Under the pieces are notes generated by a model that was not told where the DNA came from, did no database searches, and saw nothing but the letters and a program-made list of their open reading frames with translations. Below are positions 11,301 through 24,808 of a stretch of 62,061 nt of DNA, one piece after another. The stretch is from assembly GCA_030324005.1 (NCBI GenBank), contig JARDVH010000150.1, forward strand, positions 10,677,506-10,739,566, read 5' to 3'. Every line of letters starts with the position of its first letter. Within the stretch, counting starts at the first letter, position 1. The translations under genes were made by a program, and so were the position numbers. The DNA comes from Negaprion brevirostris. Taxonomy: Eukaryota.

Positions 11301-13849
11301 GAAGCAACTGTGAAAATGTAATGTGTCCTCACTAAATAAACGAAATCGCAAAGGTGTTTCGCACTGGTTAGGAGTGACCAGCTTTGAGTGACCGCTTTGT
11401 ACCATTCGTTTCCTTCGTTCAAGAAAAGTTACAACGATATGTAAAAGTTAAGCGGTGCCTAATGACCAGAGACTCGCATCCTCAGGGACTGACCAAGAGC
11501 TTATGCATTGCATGCAGGCATTTCCCNNNNNNNNNNCCCCTCGAGGCCTCTCGGACCAATTGATTTGACCTCCTCCTTTTACAAGCATTTAACATCAGGA
11601 CATTAAACAAGAAACGGGGCAAGTTAGAAAGAGCGGGGAGGGGGCAACCGGCCGCGCTGTACAGTTACAGAATGGACAGCACACACATAGTATGTCGACA
11701 ACAGCAAACTGTAGATTTCTTTGTTCAATAACTTTATTTCAAACAGAAAAATAACACGCAAATTTAACATGTAAACTGCAGTTATTGCAAAAACAAAATT
11801 CTTGGCGCATAGATTATGAATTAGAAATGTCTGCATGCGATTGTGTGTTACAGACACATCGCTGTACTCGTTTTTAAAACCAAACTATCTGCTAAAAAAT
11901 AAATTGCCAAAAATAATCGTCGTTGCATTTTTATATCAATTATAATTGGCAACCCAGAAAAACTGCAACAGCGGCGGTTTCTCGTCATATATCCCAAGTT
12001 AAAACAGGAGAACGAACTAAACCAGCTCTGTTACTGAATAGTCAGTTCTGTGCCGGATAATAGTGGCATTTTATTTCATGAAGCTAGCGAAGAAAGTTTT
12101 CGACAACCTAATATAAATGGGTATTTTTTATCCAGACACAGACTTACATATCTCTTTAGGATCAGACACGGTTGGCGGTCTTTCAATAAATCACAGGGGA
12201 AGATTGAAATGTATTTAATCTTTAAACCATGCATCTTGTGTTACCTTCCTTGTGAGTTTGACTGGAGGGTACCTGTACCTGGAAGTTTCCGACAATCGCA
12301 CAATAAGGGCAATAAGCCCTCTGTTTTATAGGTTGGATAAACCCGAGCAGTCTAAATATGTATAAAAATGCATGTGCTCAGTAAATATTGCTGCAGTTAC
12401 ATAGATGTTTAAGCTCAAGTCCTCAGATTCTAGTTATATATCCACCCTCAAAGCGAAAAGATGTATCGGACAAGACGAAAAAAGGTGAATGAAGGAGAAA
12501 TNNNNNNNNNNTTTTTCAACATCACCTTTCCTACTTATTAACACCCCGCCCCTCAGTGCCCCCAACCCTTGCCCCGTCCTATCTTGTAAAATTGCAACCT
12601 TAAAAATATTATTTTATGCCCCATGTGTTATGTATGAATTAACGCATTAAATTAATTTGTTCTGGAATACTTTATACAAATAAAACCCGCCGATATTTTT
12701 CCTTGCTATCTCAGAATTAGGTACATCCTGAAATTTAGTTGTCGGGNNNNNNNNNNNNNNNNCCCCCCCCCCCCCAAAAAAGATGGAAAATTTAAAACAC
12801 CTATTTTATGTTTAAAATTAATTTTTGCTCCTTCTCTTGTACCGTTTCGTCTGTACGTGTTTCCAAAAAAAAGTAAACAGATATTACTTCTCTGTGAAAT
12901 ATCAGCTGCAGGAAAATACAATTTTAGTGATGAAATCCTGTAGAAATGTACAGATATTTTAGGTAGTTGTTATCCCACACACAACCTTCATAGCATATTG
13001 TCCATATCCTCTTGTCCCTGTCGAAAATAGTTTTACATTTATTTTAAAAATCATGTATCTAATGTTTAAATTATAGCACAGAATATTGCTTTCCTTTTTT
13101 TAAGGATTTGTTTTTTATAAATATGGTTTTAACTCGGGATTGCAGTACCAAACGTCGTCGGGGGAATTTGTCAGGTAGCTTCATCCTGGACTTGTCTTTC
13201 AGACTGTAAAGATTCTACATACTCCTCCTTTCCAAAAGAGACCTTCCTCAAACATCTATCATTTCAAGGTCGCTTTACTTTTCGCTATGTGAATGTTTTG
13301 CTGCATATTTTGTGCGCAACTCATTTCCAACCCGTCTTAAAAATAGGCAGTGCCCCAACATTGGTACAAACTGCCTAGCGTAGAAATGTGCTGCTAGAAG
13401 GGCACGGGGCTTGTTTTTAATGGAATAAATAAGTTTAATGAAAATACACTTCTCTCATAATGTCACATGTAAATCACAATATGTAGTTCCCGGGAAAATA
13501 TCAAGGAACAAATACATTAGGTAAACAGACACATTCTGCTAAGAATCTCTGCAATGGGGGCAGATTGTTTGCATTAGTCTGTACCCAGATTAAGCAACAT
13601 TTACATTTTAGTTAATATGTCATTTAATTTATAAACTACCTGTCCCTAATCCCCATCTGCACAAATCTAATATTCCGGTTATAAAGTGTTCTGCATCAAG
13701 GTGACCAGATATCCGCATTGTCGCATTACTACTGTTTTAAGTACTTTGCCTTGTGTTTCACACAAGCCGGGAGTTGATTGTACGTTCCACACTCTCAACA
13801 TTGCATTCATAATTATTTGCAAAAATTAAGCATTTCCGAGAAGCTTTAG

Positions 13850-14880
13850 CGAAATCAATATAATGTGGGGGCAAAGGAGGGGGAGAGGGAAAAAGGACGG
13901 GGGGGTCGCTGAAGAGGAGGTGTCATTTTCGCAACAAATCTATTCCATTGATAAACCATGTGTGATATTTTAATTTAGCTCCGGCTGCATTGGCACGTGT
14001 GCTGAGGAGATTTCAGAGTCGCCTCTTCAATCCGCTCTCTCTTTAAACTGAAGCGTTCACAGGGTTTTTTTGCGGTGTGACCACTGTGCATTTCTTAATT
14101 AAACATTCCTTCAATGTACCGGCCTGCATAATATCTCCTTCCCCCGCCCAGCCCCCCATTTCCATCCCACCAAAAAATAGTAGCGACCACTGGATATTAG
14201 CACAGTAAAATTGTGAATCCGTTTAAACCACTAGGCGCACTGACGCAAACGCGTAATGATAAACGTGGCGAGTTTTAGGGAGAAGGATTTTCTCCCTCCA
14301 TTCCCTGCAATGGATTATTTCATAATTTTATCCAAACGCCTTGCAGAAGAGAGGGAGAACGAGAGAGAAGATTTTCTGCACTGAGGGCGGCGCAGTGCAT
14401 ATGGGAATGCGGGGGGGTCCGCGTGTTTGGAAAAAGCATGGAAGTCAAGTCTAGGATGCCTGGAAAATATGGGAGACGTATATACTTAACCTCACGTAAA
14501 GCAACGTGACCCAGAGCTAGGCTCCCTCTCTATCGTGTTTGGTGCCACAACATCTCAGGGAGATCTATCTCAGCGGCGTTTCAGCGCGCAGGAAGCTGCC
14601 TGCTGGAATGTCTGAACCCAGTCGCTATCCTTGTGCTTTTAAATTCCCCCCTTTTTGAAAAAAAACAGAAGCGAGAGAGGGAGACAGAGACAGAAAGATA
14701 AATAAAAAAAATACATTTGTGTATCTTGAGGCTCGCTGGGAAAACCGGCTGCATCCTTTGGCGGAGAAGTGAGTTGTTAACCGTGATCTGGAGGGGATGT
14801 TCTCTTACTGTGCCTGAAACCAAAACAGCCAGGCACCGGGATCTTTCCTAGTTACAGGAGGAGAGAGGTGTCAGGTAAAT
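13850..14880 (+). promoter_or_regulatory. CpG-rich candidate promoter / first exon of a miR-9 host transcript
   Basis: Dense unmutated CpGs and no TEs. Motifs include TGGCACGTG (13991) and TGACGCAA (14241), followed by GA-rich 5'UTR-like sequence and a donor-like CAG|GTAAAT at about 14874. Function is inferred only. Confidence 0.4.
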
Positions 14881-16343
14881 TAAGAATAGCAAAGGTGCCT
14901 TGGACGGTGGCCGAGAGAGAAGGAGAGAGAGAGAATGAAACAGGAATAGAGAGAAGGGGGGAGGTGTCTTCAGATGTTCAAGATGTGCCAGCCAGTCATT
15001 GCTTCATTAATGAACTGCCAGGAAAAGTTGGGATTAATATGCAAAAGCTGATTATCCAGAAACGAGTGAAGCTCTCAACAGCAAACCCTCATTCTCAAGT
15101 CTCGAAGGGGAAAACATCCACCGAGCCGCGTATTTCCTTCCAGATCCGTTCCTTTCCTGCTCTGGGAGAGAGGAGGACATGTTGGTCCATATTTTTTCTC
15201 TCTCTTGGCGGAATGAGTGGGGAGTACAAGACGTGGAGGGGAGAGTGGGGAGGCGGGGAGGTGGGGGTGTGTGAGGGGGAGCGAGGAGTGTAGGAGAACG
15301 GATCACACAGAGATTGAACAATGGCTATCAATTCAATTGGACAATGAATTGCGGGGCCGGCTGCTTGGGTTTCTGAACACGTCCACATCAGGCTGGGCTA
15401 GTTTGGATTCCAACGCGGACTCCCAGACAGCCGGCGCAAGTTGTGTGAGAAAATTAGCAGAAAATCAGAAGGGGTGGGGGGGGGGGGCAGGTGAGGGAAA
15501 GAGTTGTGTCCCTTGTCTACTTTATTTTTTTTGTCCCCGCAATTTTGGTGTCAGTCAGCGCTGGGAATCAAAAAAAGAACATAAACAAGAAACCACAAGA
15601 ACACAATCAAGGATTTCCAATGTTAATATTAAATGCAAACTTGACGCAATTTCTGACCGAGCGAAGGACGAAAACTAATGGATGTAGTTCCATTTCGCAA
15701 AATCATGTAAGTAACACAAGTGTTTCCTTTCTTCTAAAAGTCTCATCTTCTTAAAATTAGGCGGGACTGAGAATACAACATGCTTTACATCTATTGCTAT
15801 TTACTTAATGAATGTTCATTTCGTAGCACCTTGTGACGGGAAAAGGGACATCCTTTTTTTAAAAATTAAAAGTTTACTAAATTTCTAACTACTTGCCTAC
15901 CTCCCTGCCTTCGAACCTGACACTTACAGCGAACAATATCCAGCCCTTTTCCGAGATAGATCGATTTACTAAACATCTTCTAAAAGAAATATATTTCTGC
16001 ACAGAATTCCTAATCAAGCAATAGTCCTGTGTCACCGGCCAACACAGTTGTCTTAATAATCACCAGGTTCATGGGAAAATCTCACTGAGGGCCCTTGCTC
16101 TGGGCTAGCGAGACACCAGAACCCGTTGTCTGGCCAGATTCTATTCTGAAAGACGTATTATCATGATAATATCTTCCTCTGTGCTGTTGAACTTGATTTT
16201 GACTTCCTCTATTGCCTTCGATTTTTTGCGGTCACTTGTTTGTTAAGAAGAGAAAAAAAAGGACAAAAAAATTCCCCTCACTCTCCTGGGAGTAGCGTGT
16301 GAAATTAAAATATTCTGAATCAGTCCTGTCTTTTTATAATCAA

Positions 16344-16344
<1 letters not shown>

Positions 16345-16385
<41 letters not shown>

Positions 16386-16623
16386 AGGGGGTGGAGAGGA
16401 GAAGGGCAGTTATGGGTTGGATAAGATTTGAAAAGGCACATCAATGCTGGGGCAGTGCTGTTTTAAAGAGGTACTTCCAGATAATCGAGTGAGGAGAACT
16501 TCATATTTTCAACTGTCAATGTGTGTTATCCAGCGAAATTTGGAGTTTGTGAGTGTGTGTGTCTGTATGTGTCTGAGTGTCTGTGTGTGTGTGTGTTTGT
16601 GTGTGTGTGTCTGTGTGTGTGTG
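16345..16623. repeat. (GT)n microsatellites
   Basis: Pure (GT)n at about 16349-16384 and interrupted (GT)n at 16547-16623. Confidence 0.95.
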
Positions 16624-19310
16624 AGGTAGTCTGTGTAAATCTCTCCGATAAAGTGACTCTGCATTTGGTCGGTGCTCCATTGATTGATTTCCATCACCGC
16701 CGTCACATTCTGACTTGCAAGATTTCTTTCCCTACCCAAACACATGCGAGCTTCCTTCCAGAATGGGATTCTGCGTTACTTTCTACCTCAGAAGGTAAGA
16801 AAATGCGATGACTTGGAGAGATCCTTGATGTTCAGAACTAACTCTGCTGTTGCAGATAGACATAGGTGTCAAGTAATAAATGGAATGAGAAAGTATGCAT
16901 GTGCTAAAAGCTGTATTTCAACCGTTGCACCTTAGTGTTGGACATATTGCGGGCTGTCAGTCCTGTGACAGTTGTGGTCACTCTCAATCTGAACTGGGCT
17001 TGTTATTAACTCCTGTTCTTGCTTTTTTGAGTAACACTGTTTATAGTGGATAAATATTATTGTGTTCAGTGCTTACCTTTAAATATATACATGTATAGTA
17101 TATAATGTTATATATATACTCCTGGGCCTATATAAACCTCGGTGACAATTGTGCAGACGAAAACATTGTTGTTGGAACTCCAGCATCCTCCGTTGCAGAG
17201 CTCACTGCTCAAGGACGGTTTGTGGGCCTATAGTCACAACGGAGTTTGTTGCTAAAATTCAACAAATGCTCAAACTTGTTTGGAATTCCGAGGGAACCGA
17301 CTNNNNNNNNNNNNNNNNNNNNNNNNNNNNNNNNNNNNNNNNNNNNNNNNNNNNNNNNNNNNNNNNNNNNNNNNNNNNNNNNNNNNNCATTGTACCTGGG
17401 CCCGTATCAAACTGCAGCTGAGTAAATTATAAAGTGGGCAGCACATTCCCTTTTGCCTGAATGAAGCGATTGAGACAGATTTGATTCTAGATTTCATGCA
17501 AATTTTAAGTGGCATTGAAGGAGTTAAGTTTGAATTGGTAAATATTGAACGTCCATCCTTTTAAGAGCATACATTTTATATATTGTATCGTATTTCGGGG
17601 TGTAACAGATACTCGCCTCATTCTATAAAGAAACAAGCCTTTTATTTGTGTATGTGTGTGTGTCTGTGTGTTCCAATGTTGCAGAGAGGTGTTCTACTGC
17701 TAAATTGCTAAAACTAAGGCAGTCAGGCTGAGAATCAGTCCTCTTGCATTTTATGCATTTACTGCAACCCGTAATAAACTCGAATACAAGGTACATGTAG
17801 CTTTTGTGTGCTTAATGCAACCCGATCTCAGTAAAGGACCCTGTATGCAGTCCTCTTGATGACTATTGTTCAGTTTACATGACTGTATATTGCTTCAGTT
17901 GGTTTTACTGCGTATTTAAGAATCACCCCCTTTCTGCCTGTCCTGCATCATGTGCACACGCCAGAGAGGTTGATTCAAAGTGTCCTAATAAAATGCAATT
18001 TTGTCCCAAAGTGGAGGAAATTTAACGATATTTTAAAATAACATTTGCTGCACTTGGGACATCTGGCGGTTGCCAGGGAGCCTTCGAGGCGAAGATGCAA
18101 TCGGTGACTCCCCTTGCTTGGTCCGGTATCATCCTCTGCTCACTCCCACCTGGTGCATGGATCCAACATACGAATCAAGCTCATCCCAAAATAAAGGTCG
18201 TTAACATACGGAAATCCTTGTTCTTAAAAGCCCGCGCAGAACGTCAAAGTTCAGAGTAAAATTAGACAGAGGAGGAATTTACCAGAGGCACCTGTCACCT
18301 GCACAGTCCAGCTGAGGCCCAGAATCAGAATTATATAAAAAGTAATATCTGCAGAGGCTAGATTACAGTTGAAATGAATTTATAGTAAATCCCTGTTTCG
18401 GTTAATGTGTGTGTGTGTGTGTGTGTGTGTTTAAAAGATATTTGGACGGTGCTGTATGGAATGTGATTATTAAAACTGAGAGTGGAATGTTCCACGCTTT
18501 CACTAACGATTATCTAATTCGCGTCTTAAAGCGACATTAATTTTCAACTAATCCTTTATGCATCGCTCTGTCAATAATTTAAGGTTATCAGCGGATGTAC
18601 CTTTAATCGCAGGGTATCCTTATAAAACGCAGGAGGCTCTCTCCCTTCCCATTGGCGAATTGCTGATAGTTACAAATTAAACTTGACCGTGAATCTCTCG
18701 CTCCCACCACCTCCCCCCCCCCACCCCACCCACCCGCCCACCCCCACATATACACATGCATACAAGAGTTCATCTAAATGGGACATCCGATGCAATGATG
18801 GAAGGTGAAAAATTATCATTTTTAAAAATATTTTATGTAATGAGTGCGCGAAGTCTCAGATCTAAATATCGTTCACGGGTGTGAATATTGGGGGTGAACA
18901 TTAGGCACCTAACATCTCAACTCCCTGACACCAGCTTTCAGCTGTACAGTTTTTACTGTACAAGCGAACGTGATGCGTTTGCTTGAATAAAAATGGGCCT
19001 CTGTACATTTTTCTTCAAAAGACACAAAGGGATAAACGAGTTTCCCATACTCCATCGAAAAAGCGTAACAACGCGGTCATTTTAAAAAGGGGAGCCACTC
19101 TACATTTCATATATTTATTGTACCACTCCAGTTGTGTTTTTTTTGTGCAGTCAGCTGAACAATTACTCTCGCTTAGAGTACAAGGAGTGAAATTAATATT
19201 TTTCCCACCCGGATAGCTGTTAAATCTACGAATTCTTATTTTTACTGTTCCAAAATATGCAAGGGAAATAGTTCGTAACTTGAGGTGATAATATTTAACC
19301 ATGCCGATAC

Positions 19311-19362
19311 CTGTGTGTGCGTAGGTGTGTATTTGTGTGTGTGTGTGGGAGAGAGCGTATAA

Positions 19363-19395
<33 letters not shown>

Positions 19396-19480
19396 TATAA
19401 AAGTGCGTGAATGAAGGAGAAAGTATAAGTGTGATGTGTGAGAGAGTATATGTGTGCGTATTTAAGTGTGTGTGTATGAA
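19311..19480. repeat. Compound (GT)n/(GA)n microsatellite
   Basis: Directly visible. Confidence 0.9.
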
Positions 19481-21079
19481 TGTGATATTTACTTTTTCTG
19501 GTTGAATTATAAACTATGAGTGTATAGTAGATAGTGTTTCTAGTTGCCATTATTTATATATTAAATATGTACTTTAGCGAACATCCATTTTCTATGTGTT
19601 TATGTTAAATATACAGTAAACAGGGCAACTGTTCTTGTAAACATAACCTGCCTGTTCTACATATCTCTTAAGGAAAAAAATATAATAATTCGAGGTGCGT
19701 ACTTAAACTATATCTGAGTGAAGAGGTTTTAAATTTAACCTTCTATCTTATGAATGTTGATTACAAAATGTATGTTTTGTAATTGAGTTTCTACAAGGAC
19801 GTATGTTTGATATGTATATAATCCATAGGTGCACAGATAGAGATTTAGCTGTCGATGGCCGTATTAATCCGGGTGTAATCGGATGGATTATCAGTATGTG
19901 TTCTCTATAGCCAGTGTGCGATATCAATGTGCTATCCCGCTCTGGGTGTTGAGGATTTGGATATAATGGGATTTCCAGCTTTTAACGGCTTGATTTCCTC
20001 AAAGATGTCACTTAGTCCGTTCCCCTGCTTTCATTTAAAAATTCAATGCAAAAAACTTTCGATTCTAACTATTCGAAGATTGAATAAAGTAATTTATTAT
20101 GGAGGAAAATAAGACATATTTCCCATTCTTAAACAGTTTCTCAGTCTGTGAAATAACTGCTCAGGAAACAGGATCTGTCATTTTTGACTTGCAAGCCACA
20201 ATGTCCATTTAAAACTATCACACTGTATTCTGCAGATCTGATATTTTAAAACACCCAGTTAAAAGGAGGGCCATTAAAATTATTACAGGAAGGATTCTGA
20301 TTATTAAAGGAATCTGCGTTAATTTCCGTTCTGAGGAAGAATTGATAGGCGGACAGGTTAGAGACATCTGTCCCTCTAATTAGTGACATTCTTCCCAGTT
20401 GATCCCACCGTTTTAATCAGATCCAGAAGTTCCACTGCGACGCCGTCCTTGGAGGGCGAAAATTCTTGAGAGTGGGAAGCAGAGAGTCCCTTCAGCCGCA
20501 CAGGAATACAGACAGGATCACGGTGTCATCCGATAAGGGAAGTAGTCATTGATTGGATTAATTCCCACAATTTTACCGCTAGTGGCTTCAGTTAAACCCT
20601 CGCTGCTCAGGACAGGCGACTCAGTGACAAGGAGACGTGATCCAAAGGGATGGAGAGAGGTTTGGCTAAGATTATTCTTAATATAAAGTTCTACGTAAAA
20701 CAAAGCTATGAGAAAATCCAACGTCAATCACGGTCTAAATTGGCCTCACTGAAGGTTTTCTTTAGTAAGAAGTACTTGTTATCCCTTCCACCCGGGCTCC
20801 CAAAGCAATCAATAGAGAACACTCCAGTAACAGGCACGGTCACCGACAATTTGTGCGCAGCAAGATCCCAGAAACGGCAAATGATCAATGCAAAATTAGT
20901 CTGGGGATTTCTTAGAGCGCTGGCTTGAGACAATGTTGGTGCGGGATTGAAATAAGGTCGCACAGGCTGTACGTCACCGATCCATGTCCATCACCCAGTC
21001 CCTGCTACAGAATATGAAAAACAAGAGTAGAGTCCTAGACTGGATTCTAAGTCATGAAAACCAAAGCTGGAAGCGTCAG

Positions 21080-21345
21080 ATAATTCAAAGGCTAAATATC
21101 AAGGTACATACGATAGTCACTAATAAATCCAGTTCAGGAGAAACTTCTTTAAGCAGAGACTGGTACGGATGTGGAACTCGTATCACAAGGGAGTAGTTGC
21201 GGCGAGTAAGATAGACAGGGTATAGGGGAAGCAGGAAAAGCACATGGAGGAGTGAGGAATAGTGGGAGGAGTCCTGCGTGAAGTGTGAACACCAGCGCAG
21301 ACCAGTTGAGACGGACGACCTGTTCCAGTGCTCCACATTCGATCT
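21080..21345 (+). mobile_element. Old CR1 3' end relic
   Basis: TTCAGGAGAAACTTCTTTAAGCAGAGA..GATGTGGAACTC followed by a tail ending ACCAGTTGAGACGGACGACCTGTT. Confidence 0.6.
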
Positions 21346-21825
21346 CATTCTGGTTTGCTGACATCGTGGATAAGGCTTTCCTCTGAAGTGCCGCTGGTAG
21401 GGAGAAGGGGGAGGATGAGGGAGGAGAGAGCATTCAGGCCTTTGTGGATTTGAGAAAGAATGTCAGGAAAGCTTTCACATCCTGGCTTGAATTCGGTGAG
21501 TTTACATGGAGTTCTCTGAAGAAAAACAGGGGGAGGCTTGAGAGAGTGCAGCCAAGATCTCGATTAAGATGGTAGAAGATGGAGCCACTGAGATTTATAT
21601 GGCTGTAATGTTCTATTGCGTAACCACCATGGATTTCACCTATGTTATAGTACACTCCTGATCTGGGACTGGGAGCTGTAATGTGTGAATTTTCCACATA
21701 AATAGACCGCTCCCTCCGCGTCCCCCCCCTCCCCCCGCCCCACCCCACCTGGAAGCTTTCTGTTAATATATAAAATGCTGGGGAGCCTCCACTGTCTGAA
21801 AACTTTTTAAAAATTGTATTCATTT

Positions 21826-22152
21826 GGGTGGCACGGTGGCACAGTGGTTAGCACTGCTGCCTCACAGCGCCGGAAACCCGGCTTCAATTCTAGACTCGGG
21901 TCCCTGTCTGTGTGGAGTTTGTACATTCTCCCCGTGTCTGCGTGGATTTCTCCCGGGTGCTCCGGATTCCTCTCACACTCCAAAGATGTGAGGGTTAGGT
22001 TGGTTGGCTATGCTATATTGACTCTGGTGTCAGGGGGATTTGTAGGGTAAATATGTGGGGTTATGGGAATAGGGTCTGGGAGGGATTGTGTTTGGTGCAG
22101 ACTCAATGGGCTGAACGGCCTCCTAGTGCACTGGATGATTCTATGATTCTCT
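21826..22152 (+). mobile_element. HE1-type V-SINE, full length
   Basis: GGGTGGCACGGTGGCACAGTGGTTAGCACTGCTGCCTCACAGCGCC...GATTCTATGATTCT. Confidence 0.92.
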
Positions 22153-22659
22153 ATTCTGGACTGGAGGCATTCTGCTCTTGAGCGAAGTTCATGTCGTGTG
22201 TGCAAGGACTTAGTGCCTCTCGGGTTGTAACCAAAACTTCCTATTGAAGTCCACTCTTCCGCGTCAGTATGGAAGTGGACTACCAGGCGAGGCAGCTAAG
22301 TTAATGATTTTAATATATTTTGAGCTGATGTTGGCAGTTCCTCGGCAGTTGAAATGAAAGCTGTACTTTGCAAATTATAGTTTGACGGCAAATCTGAAAT
22401 GTGAAAGTTGACCGGAAGGAAACAATGCAAACTCTTGGACAGAATTGTCCTCTTATTTTGAAAATAAATTTGGGCAGAAAGCCAGTACATATTATGACGC
22501 ACTGAAGAGCACCGTGCTGGTCTACAATGGACAGGTGCCTGGTTTTTTTCCCGGCGCTTCGAGGTGTAATTATGAGTTGGGCATCCCATTATTAAAGATG
22601 TACATTCGGCGTAGGTGCAGCATGACTTGTGTAAACGTTTAAAAGGGGATTTCCTGACA

Positions 22660-22835
22660 GAAAGAAAATCGAAAGTCTTTTCATTACAAAGCTCTTTTCA
22701 GAACCTTGGACAGCCCGAAAGCGCTTTTCAACTAATGGGTCGTTGTTGCAATGTAAGAAAGACAGCAACCAATCTATGAACAGCAAGATCCCACAATCAG
22801 CAATATTATCATGAGTAGTAAACCTGTTTTTGTCA
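22660..22835 (-). mobile_element. Deu-SINE 3' relic
   Basis: AAAGCGCTTTTCAACTAATG..GTTGCAATGTAAGAAAG..CAGCAAGATCCCACAA aligns by eye with the copies at 3530-3650 and 60770-60870. Confidence 0.7.
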
Positions 22836-24104
22836 AACAAAATGTGGCGCTGATCCACAAAAGGAGATTTTAGGACAGTTGGTCAAAAGTTTGGTCAAAG
22901 AGCCGCGGGTTTCAAGGGGGGACTTTCAGAGATTGTGATGGAGAGTTGGAGAAGTGCGGATAAGGAATTCTACAGTTAGGGATGAGTCAGAAGGTAAAAG
23001 AAGAAGCTTTGGATTAGAGTCATTGGGCGCATTGAGTTCACCCTGGATTAGAATACCAGGTCCAGAAGTAACTAAATAGAAAAAGATTAAAAATGAAGAA
23101 TGCTGTGAAGGATCCCAGTGTCCCAAGTCTACATCACTTGCCTCTGAATCTATTAACCAGTGGGTTTTGGTCCATTTGACCAATAGATTGCCTTCCTCCA
23201 GCTCCAAATCCGTTTGTATCCAATGTTATTTTAAGTCAATACATATTTATAGGGCGCCTTTAAGATTGTAATGTCCCGCAGTTGACCCCGTACCGCACAA
23301 AGGGATATTGGGACAGAAACCAACAACTTCCTTAAAATAGGTAGAATAATGGAGTGTCTTAGACACGTGGCGGTTAAGAGAGGGAATTACAGAGCTGAAG
23401 GCCCCGGGGAGTTGAAGGTGCAGCACCACCAGTGTAATGATGAAAACTGGAGATTCGTACAAGTCCAGGGTTGGAAAGGAGTAGCGATGAGATAGATTTA
23501 AAGGCTGAAGTTGAAGTAGGAGTAGGAGTAGGAGTTAATATTGATTTGCATTGAGAGCAGTGATTTTTGGGCATTCTGTGATGACAAGATATTTTCTCCC
23601 AGAACTCCCGCCATCGTGAAATCAACCTAGCTTGGACTCAATCAAGCCTGTGGTTAAATAACCATTTTTTTCCCCAGATGATCTTGAATCACACTCACCC
23701 CACATTGTGAGCAATTACGGTGCTTGGGAGGGAGCTATGCCACAGTTTTTGCGTTGCTCTCACTTGCAGCCGGGATCAGGCGAAAAGAATTAAAATTCCC
23801 GGAGAAATTCCTGTGGGTTTCAAATCCTGGTTCCGATTTCAGGTGGCAGTATAACTCCTATTTCTGGGAAACCGGGTGTACAAGAGACTGGGCTGCGAAC
23901 ACTGGGTTAACAGACCTAAGATCGGCTGAAAACTTTTAACAAGCGAAACAGATTCACCCCAAACATCAGGGTCTCGCACTATGACACAACAGGCAGTAGA
24001 GGGTCAGTGAAGTTTGGATGGATGTGATCACTGCGCAGGGGACACATGGGGATCAGCTCGGCTAGGATGTTTTCCTCGCTGCTTTTATTTACTGTCTCCT
24101 TATA

Positions 24105-24400
24105 ACCATCTTTCCGGTCAGAAGTTAAACGGAAACCTCTCCCCTCTCAGGTGGGCAAGTTGGGACCACATCATGGCGCTACCTCCAATCGACTCGGCTG
24201 AGTTCACTAATGCACACCCCTTCACAAATACCACTCCAACAGCTTGTCTGGTCATGGGTTTTCATATTGCTGCTTGTGGGATCTTGCTGTACGACGTTGG
24301 CTGTTGTGACCACACTTCTAAGGTACTTCACTGACTGTGAAGTGCTTTGGGGATATCTGAGGTTGCGACCGGCGCTACAGGAATGCAAGTCTGTTTTTTT
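24105..24400 (+). mobile_element. Deu-SINE relic
   Basis: GTTAAAC..CCCTCTCAGGTGG..TGTGGGATCTTGCTGT..GTGAAGTGCTTTGGG..GGCGCTACAGGAATGCAAGTCT. A further fragment lies at 25010-25125. Confidence 0.7.
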
Positions 24401-24694
24401 TTGTTTTAGCCCTTGTCTTCCATTCATGTTTTCTGGGGTTTGTTAACACGGTGCTGAACAATCTCATTTTTACACATTGTGAAACCAGCCAATCAAATCC
24501 ATTTCCGGAACCTCTCTCTCACACACACACATACACACACACTGATCCTGTACAACCTTCCCAGCGAGATGAAATGATTGGAGATAAAGAGAGGCCAGTT
24601 TCTCACTCATGCTGATTCTGGGAATGGGTCGTGGCAAAAACTTGGATCAATGCTTCCAGGCGCAATCAAAGAACCCCAAAGCCCTTCGCAGGCC

Positions 24695-24808
24695 CCAGAC
24701 GAAACGTTGGCTCTATTCTCTCTCCACAGACGCTGTCAGACCTGCTGACATTTGCCAGCATTTTCTGTTTTTGTCTCAGATTCCAACGTCCGCAGGATTT
24801 AGCCTTTA
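24695..24808. mobile_element. Penelope-type terminal repeat fragment
   Basis: GAAACGTTGGCTCTATTCTCTCTCCACAGACGCTGTCAGACCTGCTGA matches 5172-5250. Confidence 0.7.

Noticed and set aside
14868-15678. ORFs of 141 and 153 aa in the CpG-rich region
   Set aside because: Low-complexity GA/G-rich translations, overlapping ORFs on both strands, and no known domain.
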